DNA of 64,000 bases, from positions 4,840 to 68,839 of the forward strand of contig JAGGRY010000036.1 of NCBI GenBank assembly GCA_021159365.1, in the 5' to 3' direction. This stretch comes from Nitrososphaerota archaeon. GTDB lineage: Archaea; Thermoproteota; Nitrososphaeria_A; Caldarchaeales; Wolframiiraptoraceae. Positions 27,455-36,970 of this stretch are shown here, one piece after another. The notes under the pieces were generated by a model. That model did no database searches and was not told the origin of the DNA. It saw nothing but the letters and a program-made list of their open reading frames with translations. The position numbers and the translations under genes are program-made. Each line of letters opens with the position of its first letter. Position 1 is the first letter of the stretch.

Positions 27455-28162
27455 ATGACCGAGGTGTTCGTTGGAACATCGGGTTGGATGTATGATTGGA
27501 ATAGAGGTGGGTCATTTACCTGGTATGTCGAAAACTCTAAGCTCAACGCGGTCGAACTAAACGCATCATTCTATAGGTTCCCATATCCATCTCAAGTATT
27601 GGGCTGGGCTAGGAGAAGTCGAAGATTAAGGTGGTCTGTGAAGGTTCACAGGTCCATAACTCATATGAGAAAGCTTTCGGAAAAAGCCGTCGAGACTTGG
27701 AGAAAGTTTAGTAAGCTCTTCAACCCACTAGATGAGCACATAGACTTCTATCTCTTCCAAATGCCTCCAAACTTCTCCGCAACGGATGCAAACCTAGATA
27801 GAGTCTCCAACTTCATAAAGATGACAAATCTTGGGAGGAGATTCGCGATAGAGTTCAGGCATCCAACCTGGTTTAAGCCAGAATTATCAGAATTCATCTC
27901 GAATCTCGGAGCAGTATATGTTTCCGTTGATTCCCCGATAATCACGTGGATCTCCTCGAGTAATGGTATAATCTACTTGAGGATGCATGGCAGGACTGAT
28001 TGGTATGCTCATGATTACTCTAGGCTTGAATTGGAGAAGATCGTGGAAGAGATGACCGCCTATCAGCCTATGAAGATCTACGTCTTCTTCAATAATGACC
28101 ACTGGATGCTTCAGAACGCCAGGCTCATGCTTAAGATCATGAGAGGGAGGTTTCTTAAATGA
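27455..28162 (+). CDS. DUF72 family protein
   Basis: VGTSGWMYDW N-terminus and the FEFRHPTW motif are typical of DUF72. Confidence 0.75.
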   Translation: MTEVFVGTSGWMYDWNRGGSFTWYVENSKLNAVELNASFYRFPYPSQVLGWARRSRRLRWSVKVHRSITHMRKLSEKAVETWRKFSKLFNPLDEHIDFYLFQMPPNFSATDANLDRVSNFIKMTNLGRRFAIEFRHPTWFKPELSEFISNLGAVYVSVDSPIITWISSSNGIIYLRMHGRTDWYAHDYSRLELEKIVEEMTAYQPMKIYVFFNNDHWMLQNARLMLKIMRGRFLK

Positions 28163-28248
28163 TCTCCATAAAAGCCTGTCACTCCAATATAAATAGAGAG
28201 AGAGTTAATTAACCGGCTCTCCCAGCGATTAGTGGGTGGTAGGGGAGG

Positions 28249-28578
28249 ATGGAGTTCTGCCCTAAATGCGGCAAGGTCATGGTCCTGAAGAAGAAATCTG
28301 AAAAGATCGTCTTAGTGTGCCCTAGATGCGGATATCAGAAACCCGTCAAAGATAAGGTGATATACACCAAGGTTCCGAAGAAGAAGGTTGAGGAGATAAC
28401 AGTTATAGAGGAAGGTGAGGAGAGCAAGGTCTTACCGACGACGACCGATGTTATATGTCCGAAATGCGGAAATAGAGAAGCGTATTATTGGGCGGTTCAA
28501 ACGAGGTCTGCCGACGAGCCCATGACCAGATTCTTTAGATGCACGAAATGCGGATATACTTGGAGGGAATACGATTAG
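28249..28578 (+). CDS. tfs: Transcription factor S (TFS) / RNAP subunit M-like
   Basis: N-terminal Zn ribbon FCPKCG..CPRCG. C-terminal TFIIS-type ribbon CPKCGNREAYYWAVQTRSADEPMTRFFRCTKCGYTWRE. Confidence 0.9.
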   Translation: MEFCPKCGKVMVLKKKSEKIVLVCPRCGYQKPVKDKVIYTKVPKKKVEEITVIEEGEESKVLPTTTDVICPKCGNREAYYWAVQTRSADEPMTRFFRCTKCGYTWREYD

Positions 28579-29315
28579 CATAATAGGATATATGATCTCT
28601 TCAGGGTTGGGGGTAGATTCATCTTCTTAAGGTAATCTTCTCTCGCTGAAACCATGAATATCCCTACTAGCTCATGCCTCAATCTCGTTAAGATCTCCAT
28701 TAAAGAGTTGAAGAATTGAGGAGTTGGAGAATGAGAAGCGATCGCGAGGATGCTCTCCTTCCTCCGATTCCTCCTCAATACAAGCCAATACGATTTTGCA
28801 TGCATCCCTCCATGATCTGTGAAGATTATTGGTATGGATTCTCCGTTAAATGCGATGGGTTCGTTCGCTATTATGTGAAGCGGCCTTGAAGTCATGGTTG
28901 AGAGATATGATGCTAATGGTATGCTTAATAGATCTAGGGAGAGAAAGGATGTCACCTTCATTCCCATGAACTCGTTGAGGACATGAGCTCCAAGAACCTT
29001 AATTATATTGGGATCCAACATCACGCGAGAGAGATCTGAATAATCTTTTCCACCCCCAATATTCTGGGCTATTAAAGATGAGATATTTATATTCGCTAAA
29101 AGATTCTTCAAGAGCTTCTCAGTCCTACTCCGTTTCGGTATGGTCTTTCCGGTTAAATATCTTGTTAAGGTGGAGACCGGGAATCCCGTAATGGTTGAGA
29201 GCTTCCTATAATTATACTTGGTCTTTAAGATTTTGAGAAGATCCACCGCTATTAGCCGCCCCTCCTCCTCAAGGTTGAGGATCAACCTATTGGTTCTTTT
29301 AAATACTTTCGCCAT
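28575..29315 (-). CDS. HTH-domain protein with a phosphoribosyltransferase-like C-terminal half (putative regulator)
   Basis: N-terminal YRKLSTITGFPVSTLTRYLTGK HTH. The C-terminal half is an alpha/beta region loosely resembling type I PRTases. Weak assignment. Confidence 0.3.
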   Translation of the reverse strand: MAKVFKRTNRLILNLEEEGRLIAVDLLKILKTKYNYRKLSTITGFPVSTLTRYLTGKTIPKRSRTEKLLKNLLANINISSLIAQNIGGGKDYSDLSRVMLDPNIIKVLGAHVLNEFMGMKVTSFLSLDLLSIPLASYLSTMTSRPLHIIANEPIAFNGESIPIIFTDHGGMHAKSYWLVLRRNRRKESILAIASHSPTPQFFNSLMEILTRLRHELVGIFMVSAREDYLKKMNLPPTLKRSYILLC

Positions 29316-29451
29316 GATTCAGGTCAGTTAACGATTTGGTTAAAGATAAGCCTTACAGCTCGAAAAACGTCGAAATCATACCTAGAAAATCCGACAACAA
29401 GATACAAACCAAATACAAAAGAAATTAAGGATCAAAAACTGATGAATAAAT

Positions 29452-29526
29452 GGGCCCGTGGCCTAGCATGGATAAGGCGCCGGCCTCCGGAGCCGGAGAA
29501 CCCGGGTTCAAATCCCGGCGGGCCCG
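29452..29526 (+). tRNA. tRNA-Arg (anticodon CCG)
   Basis: Cloverleaf GGGCCCG-TG-GCCT..-CCGGC-CTCCGGA-GCCGG-AGAAC-CCGGG-TTCAAAT-CCCGG-CGGGCCC-G. The 5' half is nearly identical to the tRNA-Arg(CCU) at 4573-4647. Confidence 0.9.
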
Positions 29527-29547
29527 AATACTTCCGTAATTTTTTAG

Positions 29548-30318
29548 TTAGATTTTGGATCCGTGGATTGTTTTTACTAGATGTTCAAGGGTTTCTGCGA
29601 ATAACTTTTTGCGGTGGGCTGAAACCAGTTTTATGTCGAGTTCTTCGCAGGTCTTCGATAGATAATCAGCTTTCTCGTAATTCATGACTAAGATTAAGTG
29701 CGGTATCCCTGAATCCACCTTTTTGACGGCGATTGAGAGTATGTCGGAGATATAGTCTATTGGTCTCAAGAACGGTTTAGATGAATTCGTCAAGCTAAAT
29801 TTGATGATTATCTCAGGCTTTTCCTCCTCAGACAACCACACCGCGAAGTCCCAGCGATGAACCGCTCCAGAGGCGCCCTTCACCTTATAATCTCTTACAT
29901 ATCTTAATCCAAGTTTTCTAAGCGTGTCGTCGGTGTGGTCTATCCAAGAGTTTAGGTTTATGGGTGGTGGAAGCTCTCGTTCAATTTGAACACTTCTTTC
30001 AATTCTCTTAGATGTAACTTCTTTGATTCTCGCTATATGTCCACAATTATGACAAACTCTTATAATGACTTTCCGATAATCCACTTGTTCCTTCATGAGC
30101 TTTCTACCACATCTTGGACACATGAAGTTGTTAAACTCAAATGTGGTGATGGATGCTGTATATCCACAAGATAAATGCTCTATACACACCGCGTCGCTCA
30201 CATCGGTTGACCCGCAGATCTCGCACGCAGGCATAGAATCTCTCGGAGTGCCCTCGACGATCTGGCTCTCGCCGACGCTAAGGTCCGAGTCGCTGGATGA
30301 TTGACCAGTTTCAAGCAT
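29548..30318 (-). CDS. Multi-Zn-ribbon protein with uncharacterised alpha/beta C-terminal domain
   Basis: 256 aa with an acidic, Ser-rich N-terminus. Cys pairs are CEIC, C-x5-C, CPRC and CHNC. The C-terminal domain contains WDFAVWLSEEEKPEIIIKF, a weak PD-(D/E)xK-like pattern. The stop lies 22 nt from the tRNA 3' end. Confidence 0.5.
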   Translation of the reverse strand: MLETGQSSSDSDLSVGESQIVEGTPRDSMPACEICGSTDVSDAVCIEHLSCGYTASITTFEFNNFMCPRCGRKLMKEQVDYRKVIIRVCHNCGHIARIKEVTSKRIERSVQIERELPPPINLNSWIDHTDDTLRKLGLRYVRDYKVKGASGAVHRWDFAVWLSEEEKPEIIIKFSLTNSSKPFLRPIDYISDILSIAVKKVDSGIPHLILVMNYEKADYLSKTCEELDIKLVSAHRKKLFAETLEHLVKTIHGSKI

Positions 30319-30428
30319 TATTCAACATATTCTTGCTTCGTCAAATATTAGCCTCTATGCGACATTGTTTAAAAAATGCCCAGATTTTTTATAAAAATGT
30401 TAAATACTAGTATCGCCCATATTAAGGC

Positions 30429-30569
30429 ATGAGCGTTAGGGAATTTGCCCTAAAGATCGGGTTGACCAAGGAAGAGCTGATCCTAATACTGATCCAAGCA
30501 GCGATCGTCGGAGTCTTTCTAGCTCTAGGGATAGGGAAGACGGAGCCGCTCGATAAGCTTCCTCATTAA
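30429..30569 (+). CDS. Possible 46-aa small membrane protein (below ORF-track cutoff)
   Basis: Own translation: MSVREFALKIGLTKEELILILIQAAIVGVFLALGIGKTEPLDKLPH. It sits in the AT-rich spacer, and its 3' end overlaps the stop of the convergent gene. There is no other support. Confidence 0.25.
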   Translation: MSVREFALKIGLTKEELILILIQAAIVGVFLALGIGKTEPLDKLPH

Positions 30570-31630
30570 ACCCTGCCGCCGAATAATTGAATCTTCTCCA
30601 TTATTTTTTCTATACCAAGCTCGTAGGGATTTAGCCAGCCGATTCTCGCATTAAATAGATTGTGGGGAACGGTGAAGCTTAGGGTGTTCTCCATATCTAG
30701 GAAATCGAGGCATTCAACCTTCACTCTCTCACTAATATACCTAATCATTTTGTACAATCCTATGGATGGAGCTAGCGCCAATCCGAGATATTCATCCTCC
30801 ATCGTTCGAATCTCAGCGTAGGTGAATGGCACATTAATGATCGCCGACCTAGCATCCTCGACATCCAGAGCTTTTACAAGTATTGGGGCTGAAATCAGAT
30901 CTGGATTCCAGCGGGGAACCCACATCACTGAATACATGTAGATGGCTTTTGCAATATGTTCAAAATGCCTCTTTACGGTTTGCCTCGTTAACTTAAGCTT
31001 TCTCGCCAGATCTATATACTTGATGAAGGCGTCCTTCTCAAGTTCTTTGAGTATTAGGAGGTCTATCTTATCTATCCTGGATAATGGGTTTACGTCTTCA
31101 TAAATCTCTGGGATCGAGAACTTCTTTTCAAACCAATTCTGCTTCCATACACCTCTCTTAAAGTCGAAGCTATCGACTCTGAAGGGAAGAACTCTCATAT
31201 ATAGAAGCTTCTTTACGGAGTAATCGTCTATGATCTTTACGGATTTAAGGCTGTCAAGAAATGCGATAAAATCATCCGAATATTTCGGGGGCACTGTGAA
31301 GATCGCTAAGAATTTTCTTTCTTTCATTAGGTAAGTATAATATCTTAGGTAAAATAATTCCCCGAACATGCTTAATAATCCACTCATATATCTCGGTGAG
31401 AGACGGCTTTCCAAGATCACCATATATCTCTGAAGCCCAAGAACCCCATGATTTATCGCGACCGCTATTGTGAATCCTAGTTTCGGCAACCTCTTCTTTA
31501 ATATATACCTCACGGTCGGAATGGGGACCTTTGTCCTCCTAGAGATCTCCGAATAGGAGGGCCCACATTCCATTAAGGCCTTAACTACCTTAGCGGCAGC
31601 CTCCATATCTGATAAAATGGAGTGGGTCAT
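30566..31630 (-). CDS. Double winged-HTH transcriptional regulator-like protein
   Basis: Two HTH segments: GPSYSEISRRTKVPIPTVRYILKK near the N-terminus and IKYIDLARKLKLTRQTVKRHFEHI mid-protein. The remainder is unassigned. Confidence 0.5.
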   Translation of the reverse strand: MTHSILSDMEAAAKVVKALMECGPSYSEISRRTKVPIPTVRYILKKRLPKLGFTIAVAINHGVLGLQRYMVILESRLSPRYMSGLLSMFGELFYLRYYTYLMKERKFLAIFTVPPKYSDDFIAFLDSLKSVKIIDDYSVKKLLYMRVLPFRVDSFDFKRGVWKQNWFEKKFSIPEIYEDVNPLSRIDKIDLLILKELEKDAFIKYIDLARKLKLTRQTVKRHFEHIAKAIYMYSVMWVPRWNPDLISAPILVKALDVEDARSAIINVPFTYAEIRTMEDEYLGLALAPSIGLYKMIRYISERVKVECLDFLDMENTLSFTVPHNLFNARIGWLNPYELGIEKIMEKIQLFGGRV

Positions 31631-31716
31631 TTAATAAAAAGGTTTAGTTTTCGCTCCAGAGACGAACATTTTTCTACTATTTTAATGGGCTTTTCGATAA
31701 TTCATCATGTGGTGGA

Positions 31717-32766
31717 ATGGAGCTTATAGTAAAGACGCCTCTTGGCCTTGAAGAGGTTGCTGCGTCTAGGGTGCTTGAACTCGAACCAGACGCTAGGCTC
31801 GCGGTTAAGCCTAAAGGACTTGGAGGGCTGATAATAATCGAGTCATGTCCTGATAGATCTAAGCTCATGGAGAAGATTCTCGACGAAGTCCCCGAAGTCG
31901 AGAAGGTCATCCCGGTCGAAGCAGAGGTAGAAGCGAAGATGGATGAGATTGAAGAGGCTGCTAAGAGGTTGGCCATCGAGAGATTGAGATCTGATCAGAG
32001 TTTCGCCGTTAGAACCGTTAGGAGGGGTAGCCATGACTTTAGGAGCGTGGATGTGAATATTAGGGTTGGAGCAGCAGTTCAAGAGGCTGTGGGCTCGCCC
32101 GTCGACCTCGACGACCCAGATAAGATAATTCAAGTTGAAATAATTTTCAATAAAGCTGCTTTAGCGATCCTTGATGGCAGCTCTGAGTGGAGAAAGATGG
32201 GGTTCGGGAAGAGGCCTTCAACAAAATTCTTCGAGAGGATCTCAATCGTCCAGATGCCATATCTTGGATCCATGGAAGGTGCAAAGGAGATTGGAAGGAG
32301 GATTGGGAGAGCTGTTCAAGCCTATGAAGTTAAGGAGCTGGTCATAGCCCCAAATAAGCCTGTAAATGCCTTCGAGCTCGCCTCCTTTATCAATGGAGTA
32401 TGGGAAGGGATAGAGTCGAGATTTAAGATTCAAAAGAGGAGTTACGGTAGGATTGTTAAGAGAATCGAGGTCTATGTTCAAGACTTGTATCAACTCGTAA
32501 GGGAGAGGAGGGGAGAGCCGATCATAGTCTTCGAGCCTGAAGGTCTTCAGCTGAGAGACGCCGCGATCAAGCTCAAGGAGATTATATTGAGATCTAGGAG
32601 GGTGAGTTTTCTCTTCGGATCTAGGGAAGGGATACCTAAAGGCATATACAGGCTAGCTGATCTAGTCATAGATCTAGCTCCAGCGATAACTCTTCCAACG
32701 GAGGTCGCGGCTCCAGCGGCTTTAACGGCGATCTATACAGCGTTAAACATGATGAACCTTGTATAG
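31717..32766 (+). CDS. THUMP-like N-terminal domain fused to a SPOUT-class methyltransferase-like C-terminus (putative RNA methyltransferase)
   Basis: The N-terminus is a ferredoxin-like/THUMP-type pattern with FAVRTVRRG. C-terminal SFLFGSREGIPKGIYRLADLVIDLAP...AAPAALTAIY resembles the SPOUT knot motifs. Confidence 0.45.
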   Translation: MELIVKTPLGLEEVAASRVLELEPDARLAVKPKGLGGLIIIESCPDRSKLMEKILDEVPEVEKVIPVEAEVEAKMDEIEEAAKRLAIERLRSDQSFAVRTVRRGSHDFRSVDVNIRVGAAVQEAVGSPVDLDDPDKIIQVEIIFNKAALAILDGSSEWRKMGFGKRPSTKFFERISIVQMPYLGSMEGAKEIGRRIGRAVQAYEVKELVIAPNKPVNAFELASFINGVWEGIESRFKIQKRSYGRIVKRIEVYVQDLYQLVRERRGEPIIVFEPEGLQLRDAAIKLKEIILRSRRVSFLFGSREGIPKGIYRLADLVIDLAPAITLPTEVAAPAALTAIYTALNMMNLV

Positions 32767-32809
32767 CTTTATCCTCATTAAGGGGTGAAAGTTCTCTGAT
32801 TGAAGAAAG

Positions 32810-33346
32810 ATGGAGAAGATAGTCTCCAGTAAGACGCTTTATAGGGGAAGACTCCTCGATCTGAGGTTGGATGAAATTCTATTATCAAACGGGAGGAAAG
32901 TTAGGAGGGAGATAGTAATCCATCCTGGAGCATCCGCGATCTTACCGATAATAAAGCCTGGAAAGATCCTCATGGTGAAACAGTATAGACATCCAGTCGG
33001 TGAAGTTCTCCTAGAGATCCCTGCTGGAACCCTTAAACCCGGCGAAGATCCGATGACATGTGCGGCCAGGGAGCTCGAAGAGGAGACGGGTTATCGCGCT
33101 GAGAAGCTCATTCATCTAGTCACGATATATCCCACTCCAGGTTATAGTAGCGAGATCTTACACATCTATTTAGCAAAGGATCTGAGGAAAGGGGTTCAAG
33201 CCCTTGAAATAGATGAGAATATTTCGGTTATTGAGATGACCTTTGATCAAGTACTGGAAGGAATCAAGGATGGAAAGATTAGAGACTCTAAGACGATAGC
33301 GGCGATCTTATACTACCTCATCTTCGTCGAGGCTCGTCGTGTTTAA
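32810..33346 (+). CDS. NUDIX hydrolase (ADP-ribose pyrophosphatase-like)
   Basis: Nudix box GTLKPGEDPMTCAARELEEETGY. Confidence 0.85.
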   Translation: MEKIVSSKTLYRGRLLDLRLDEILLSNGRKVRREIVIHPGASAILPIIKPGKILMVKQYRHPVGEVLLEIPAGTLKPGEDPMTCAARELEEETGYRAEKLIHLVTIYPTPGYSSEILHIYLAKDLRKGVQALEIDENISVIEMTFDQVLEGIKDGKIRDSKTIAAILYYLIFVEARRV

Positions 33347-33389
33347 ACCTGAGCATATAGAAGAGTAACGCTATGAATTCTTCCATTTT

Positions 33390-34397
33390 TCATCTGAAAT
33401 GTTCATAACCTCTCCTCTCCACTGTTACATATTCTCCAAACCATTTCACCTCGATAATCTTCTCCTCAATCACCCTCCCTATTGGGATCAGACTTCCCCC
33501 GACGCTCTCAACGGATTTTAACGCATCTTTAAACATCTTCGGCTTAACTGTGACTACCAGCTCATATTCCTCTCCTCCATGAAAGACTAGATCAAATAGA
33601 TCTACATCGAATCTTTCAGCATATCTTCTCGCGTCGTCATCGATCGGCGGATCATCGATCCTAAATCCATATCCATTTAGATCCATTAAGGTGTGGAGAG
33701 TCTCAGAGAGGCCATCACTCGAATCCATGGAAGCGGTTAACGCACTGGACATCGCGAGGGCGATTCCTTCCTCAACTCTAGCTCTTGGTCTCAGAAACTT
33801 CTCGATAACCTTCTCTGCCACCGCTTCCCCTCTAAAGTTGTTGAGGAGCGCGTGAAGTCCAGCGGCTTGAGCTCCAAATCTCCCCGTAACGGCGACTATA
33901 TCTCCAGGCCTCATCCCGATTCTCGGAACAGGGTTCATGGCCTCTGCCAAGCATATGACATCTATTACAAGCTCCTTTCCCTCATTTGTGTCTCCGCCGA
34001 CTATCTTTCCACCATAACCTTTAGCCGCTTCCTCGATTCCCTTCCAGAGTTCTTCGAACTCATCGAAGAGCATCTTTGATGGAAGTGCCAGGGATATGAG
34101 ATAGGCTATCGGCTTCCCACCCTTGGCGGCTATATCGCTTGTAGTCGCGGTCACAGCCTTATATCCAACATCTCTGAAACTCATCCCAGGTGGAATATCG
34201 GTTGATTCTAAGAGCATATCGGATGAAAATATTATCCTATTGCTTAAGATCATGTCGACGGTATCGTCTCCCGGCGGTAGGAGGGAGCCGTTGAGCTGCT
34301 CAAGCCTATCAATCACATACTTTAGAATATATCTCTCGCCGAGATCTCCTAAACTCCTCAATCGAGAAGCCTCCTGAAGAAAGTCTTTACACACCAT
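33390..34397 (-). CDS. thiL: Thiamine-monophosphate kinase
   Basis: AIR-synthase-related fold. Motifs LPPGDDTVDM, TATTSDIAAKGGKP and MDSSDGLSETL. Confidence 0.75.
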   Translation of the reverse strand: MVCKDFLQEASRLRSLGDLGERYILKYVIDRLEQLNGSLLPPGDDTVDMILSNRIIFSSDMLLESTDIPPGMSFRDVGYKAVTATTSDIAAKGGKPIAYLISLALPSKMLFDEFEELWKGIEEAAKGYGGKIVGGDTNEGKELVIDVICLAEAMNPVPRIGMRPGDIVAVTGRFGAQAAGLHALLNNFRGEAVAEKVIEKFLRPRARVEEGIALAMSSALTASMDSSDGLSETLHTLMDLNGYGFRIDDPPIDDDARRYAERFDVDLFDLVFHGGEEYELVVTVKPKMFKDALKSVESVGGSLIPIGRVIEEKIIEVKWFGEYVTVERRGYEHFR

Positions 34398-35116
34398 TCG
34401 GCATAGGAGATGATCTCGTTTTTACCGAGCTTCGATTCACCGCTTCTCCTCGGCATGAACTTTAACGGATACTCGACTATCTTGCAGTCCGCCCTACTCA
34501 ATAGATAAAGTAATTGAACTTGAAAGACGTATCCAGATCTGAGTTCGGTTAACTTATCAACAACTTTTCTCAATGACTCCGCCCTAATCGCCCTAAATCC
34601 TGAAGTTAAATCACTTAGCTTGATTCCAGTTGAAATTCTTGCGAGAAGATTCGCAGATCTACTTATCAGAACTCGGGTCAAAGATCCATCAACCCATCCT
34701 CCGCCCTCAATATATCTTGAAGCCACCACCACGTCTGCTCCAAGCCTCTCAGCATATTCAAGCATTTTGACAAGCGTTTCAGGCGGATGACTACCATCCG
34801 CATCCATTTCACAGATGTACTTTGCCCATGGATGTCTCATGAGGGCATGTCTGAATCCATCTATATATGCCGACCCTATGCCGAGCTTCTTCGGCCTCCT
34901 AAGGACCTCGACTCCACCGCCTCTCTTAGACCCGATCTCTTCCGCAACTTCCGCCGTTCCATCAGGACTCGAATCGTCAACTATCAGCGCCAAAGCTCTC
35001 CAACCCGCCTTCTCCAAAGAATCCAAAAGCCTTGGAAGAAGCCATCTAACATTCTCCGCCTCCATATAGGTTGGGATGACGACGACCACCACGATAAGCT
35101 CAAGGATAAAACACAA
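34358..35116 (-). CDS. GT2 polyprenol-phosphate glycosyltransferase (Dpm1-like)
   Basis: VVVVIPTYMEAEN, IVDDSSPDGT and CEMDADGSH (DxD) motifs. Confidence 0.8.
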   Translation of the reverse strand: MCFILELIVVVVVIPTYMEAENVRWLLPRLLDSLEKAGWRALALIVDDSSPDGTAEVAEEIGSKRGGGVEVLRRPKKLGIGSAYIDGFRHALMRHPWAKYICEMDADGSHPPETLVKMLEYAERLGADVVVASRYIEGGGWVDGSLTRVLISRSANLLARISTGIKLSDLTSGFRAIRAESLRKVVDKLTELRSGYVFQVQLLYLLSRADCKIVEYPLKFMPRRSGESKLGKNEIISYAEWCVKTFFRRLLD

Positions 35117-35156
35117 TTTAAAAATAATATAATACCGAGAAATCGTTAAAAACGAA

Positions 35157-35229
35157 GCCCCGGTAGCTCAGCGGGTAGAGCGGCGGCCTCGTAAGCCGCA
35201 GGCCGCGGGTTCAAAGCCCGCCCGGGGCT
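35157..35229 (+). tRNA. tRNA-Thr (anticodon CGU)
   Basis: Cloverleaf GCCCCGG-TA-GCTC-AGCGGGTA-GAGC-G-GCGGC-CTCGTAA-GCCGC-AGGCC-GCGGG-TTCAAAG-CCCGC-CCGGGGC-T. Confidence 0.9.
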
Positions 35230-35308
35230 CATCCAAGAAATTTTGTGAGCATGAGGATCGATGTGATTTTTATGAATCTAATCATTCAATAAGAGAGCAT
35301 TTGAGCAA

Positions 35309-36052
35309 ATGCCTTTATTGGGTCTTTATGATTTATGTTTAAATGCGCTTTTCTGCACAGTTTCTTGGATGCGGTTAAGGTTGGGTAAATTCATCCTGTT
35401 GGCTATGACGATCTTAATGCTCTATATCTTACTTGTTAACGGTTTTCCAGTCTTTATGAAGTTCTTTAAGAGGCCTGATGGAATCCATCCAAATCCTGTG
35501 GTCGAGCTTCAGATAGAGTGTGCTGATGGATCATACATGATCGTGAGAGGTAATAGTTCTCGAACCCCATGCATGGTTAAACGAGTTTTTCAGCTAATCG
35601 TGATCCTGTTAAACAATAGCAGCGAGCCCAGCGTCAGAGATGTTGAAACAGCCTCTGGAGCGTTGATCATATTGAATGGAGGCAGGATTACAGGATATGA
35701 GCTAGAGGGATTCAATAGCATAATAGGAGTAACGGAAGAAGGCGAACTAGTCAACCCGATTGGCTCGAGGATAATTGAAGTCCTCTCTAGACATATTGAC
35801 GGCTGGGCCAAGAAGATGGTGAAACTGAATGTAACCGTGAATGAGGATACAAGTATAATTCAGATAAGATTTAGGGGCTGGATAATCGACGAAGATGATG
35901 AGGTTTGGAACCCCGTAGACAAAAATAAGGAACATTACTATGCTAGGGATCCGCCTGAAGATCCCGTTGAGAATCCACCCGATTCGAGATGGAGTGGAAG
36001 AGACTTCCTAAGATACAAAACATATACGTTTCAGGTTCAAGTTATTCGATGA
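35309..36052 (+). CDS. Hypothetical membrane-anchored/extracellular protein
   Basis: Signal anchor KFILLAMTILMLYILLV. The probable real start is the ATG at 35369. No recognisable domain. Confidence 0.45.
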   Translation: MPLLGLYDLCLNALFCTVSWMRLRLGKFILLAMTILMLYILLVNGFPVFMKFFKRPDGIHPNPVVELQIECADGSYMIVRGNSSRTPCMVKRVFQLIVILLNNSSEPSVRDVETASGALIILNGGRITGYELEGFNSIIGVTEEGELVNPIGSRIIEVLSRHIDGWAKKMVKLNVTVNEDTSIIQIRFRGWIIDEDDEVWNPVDKNKEHYYARDPPEDPVENPPDSRWSGRDFLRYKTYTFQVQVIR

Positions 36053-36058
36053 TTTCCT

Positions 36059-36907
36059 CTAATGCGGTGTTATAATTCCCAATACTCCGATCGCGATCGT
36101 GACCGCGGCTAAGATCAGGGTGAATAGATAAGTCTTTAACCTCTCTGATAGTTTTAGGAGACTTGATATCATAAATAACGATACGATTACCGCTGTGAAT
36201 GAGGATATAGTCAAGACGATTATGTTCGACTCCATGAGAATCGGCATGGCGGCATATGAGTAGATTATCCCGCCGATCGTTGCAGGTATTCCCATTAAGA
36301 AGCTCAGCTTTAAGGAGTCTCTCGAACCATGGCCCAAGAGGATGAGAGTAAAGATCGTTATCCCGCTTCTACTTATCCCTGGGAGAGCTGAGAACCCTTG
36401 CGCAAATCCCGCCAACATCGCATCCATGAGATCCACCTTCATCTCTTTTACTTCATCAACTCCTCCACCCATTCTAACTCTAAGCCAAGTGAAGATCGTG
36501 GTTAAGAGGAAAAGGAATCCCATGGCGATCATCGCGGCGTTCTCATCAAATGATATGAGTTCTCTCGATACCTGTGCTAGCGGAACAGCGACCAACCCAG
36601 TAACTACAGTGGAGATTACGAGAAACTTGAGAAGAGCAAATCCCTCTCGAGATCTCTTCGGAGATCTTATCGATGAGATTATTTCAAGGATCTCTCTCCT
36701 GAAATAGATTATTGCGGCCACCGCGGTTGCACCATTTATCGCCAGCCCCATGAGATATGCGGTTGAGGCTTCAAATCCATAAGTAAGGAGTATTAGGAGG
36801 ATGAGGGTTTTGCTGCTGACTGGAAGCCACTCGGTTACTCCTTGGATCAAGCCCGCTAGAAGTGCGGCCAAGAGCTCTTGGCTCAAACCCATGAATTGGA
36901 GATTCAT
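36059..36907 (-). CDS. uppP: Undecaprenyl/polyprenyl-diphosphatase (BacA/UppP family)
   Basis: GLIQGVTEWLPVSSKT and PGISRSG motifs. Polytopic. Confidence 0.85.
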   Translation of the reverse strand: MNLQFMGLSQELLAALLAGLIQGVTEWLPVSSKTLILLILLTYGFEASTAYLMGLAINGATAVAAIIYFRREILEIISSIRSPKRSREGFALLKFLVISTVVTGLVAVPLAQVSRELISFDENAAMIAMGFLFLLTTIFTWLRVRMGGGVDEVKEMKVDLMDAMLAGFAQGFSALPGISRSGITIFTLILLGHGSRDSLKLSFLMGIPATIGGIIYSYAAMPILMESNIIVLTISSFTAVIVSLFMISSLLKLSERLKTYLFTLILAAVTIAIGVLGIITPH

Positions 36908-36970
36908 ATCACACTATTTAGGGAATTTCGCTCAAAACTCTAAGCTAAATCCGTAGCTCATCGAGGAACT

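Noticed and set aside
29442-29687. 81-aa + strand ORF spanning the tRNA-Arg(CCG) gene
   Set aside because: It reads straight through a well-formed tRNA cloverleaf and then runs antisense to the 29548-30318 gene. It is not a credible CDS.
29452-31716. Integrated mobile element or provirus at tRNA-Arg(CCG)
   Set aside because: No integrase, transposase or capsid-like gene was found. I found no direct repeat of the tRNA 3' end (CCCGGGTTCAAATCCCGGCGGGCCC) downstream up to 31.7 kb. The region is kept only as a possible accessory islet.
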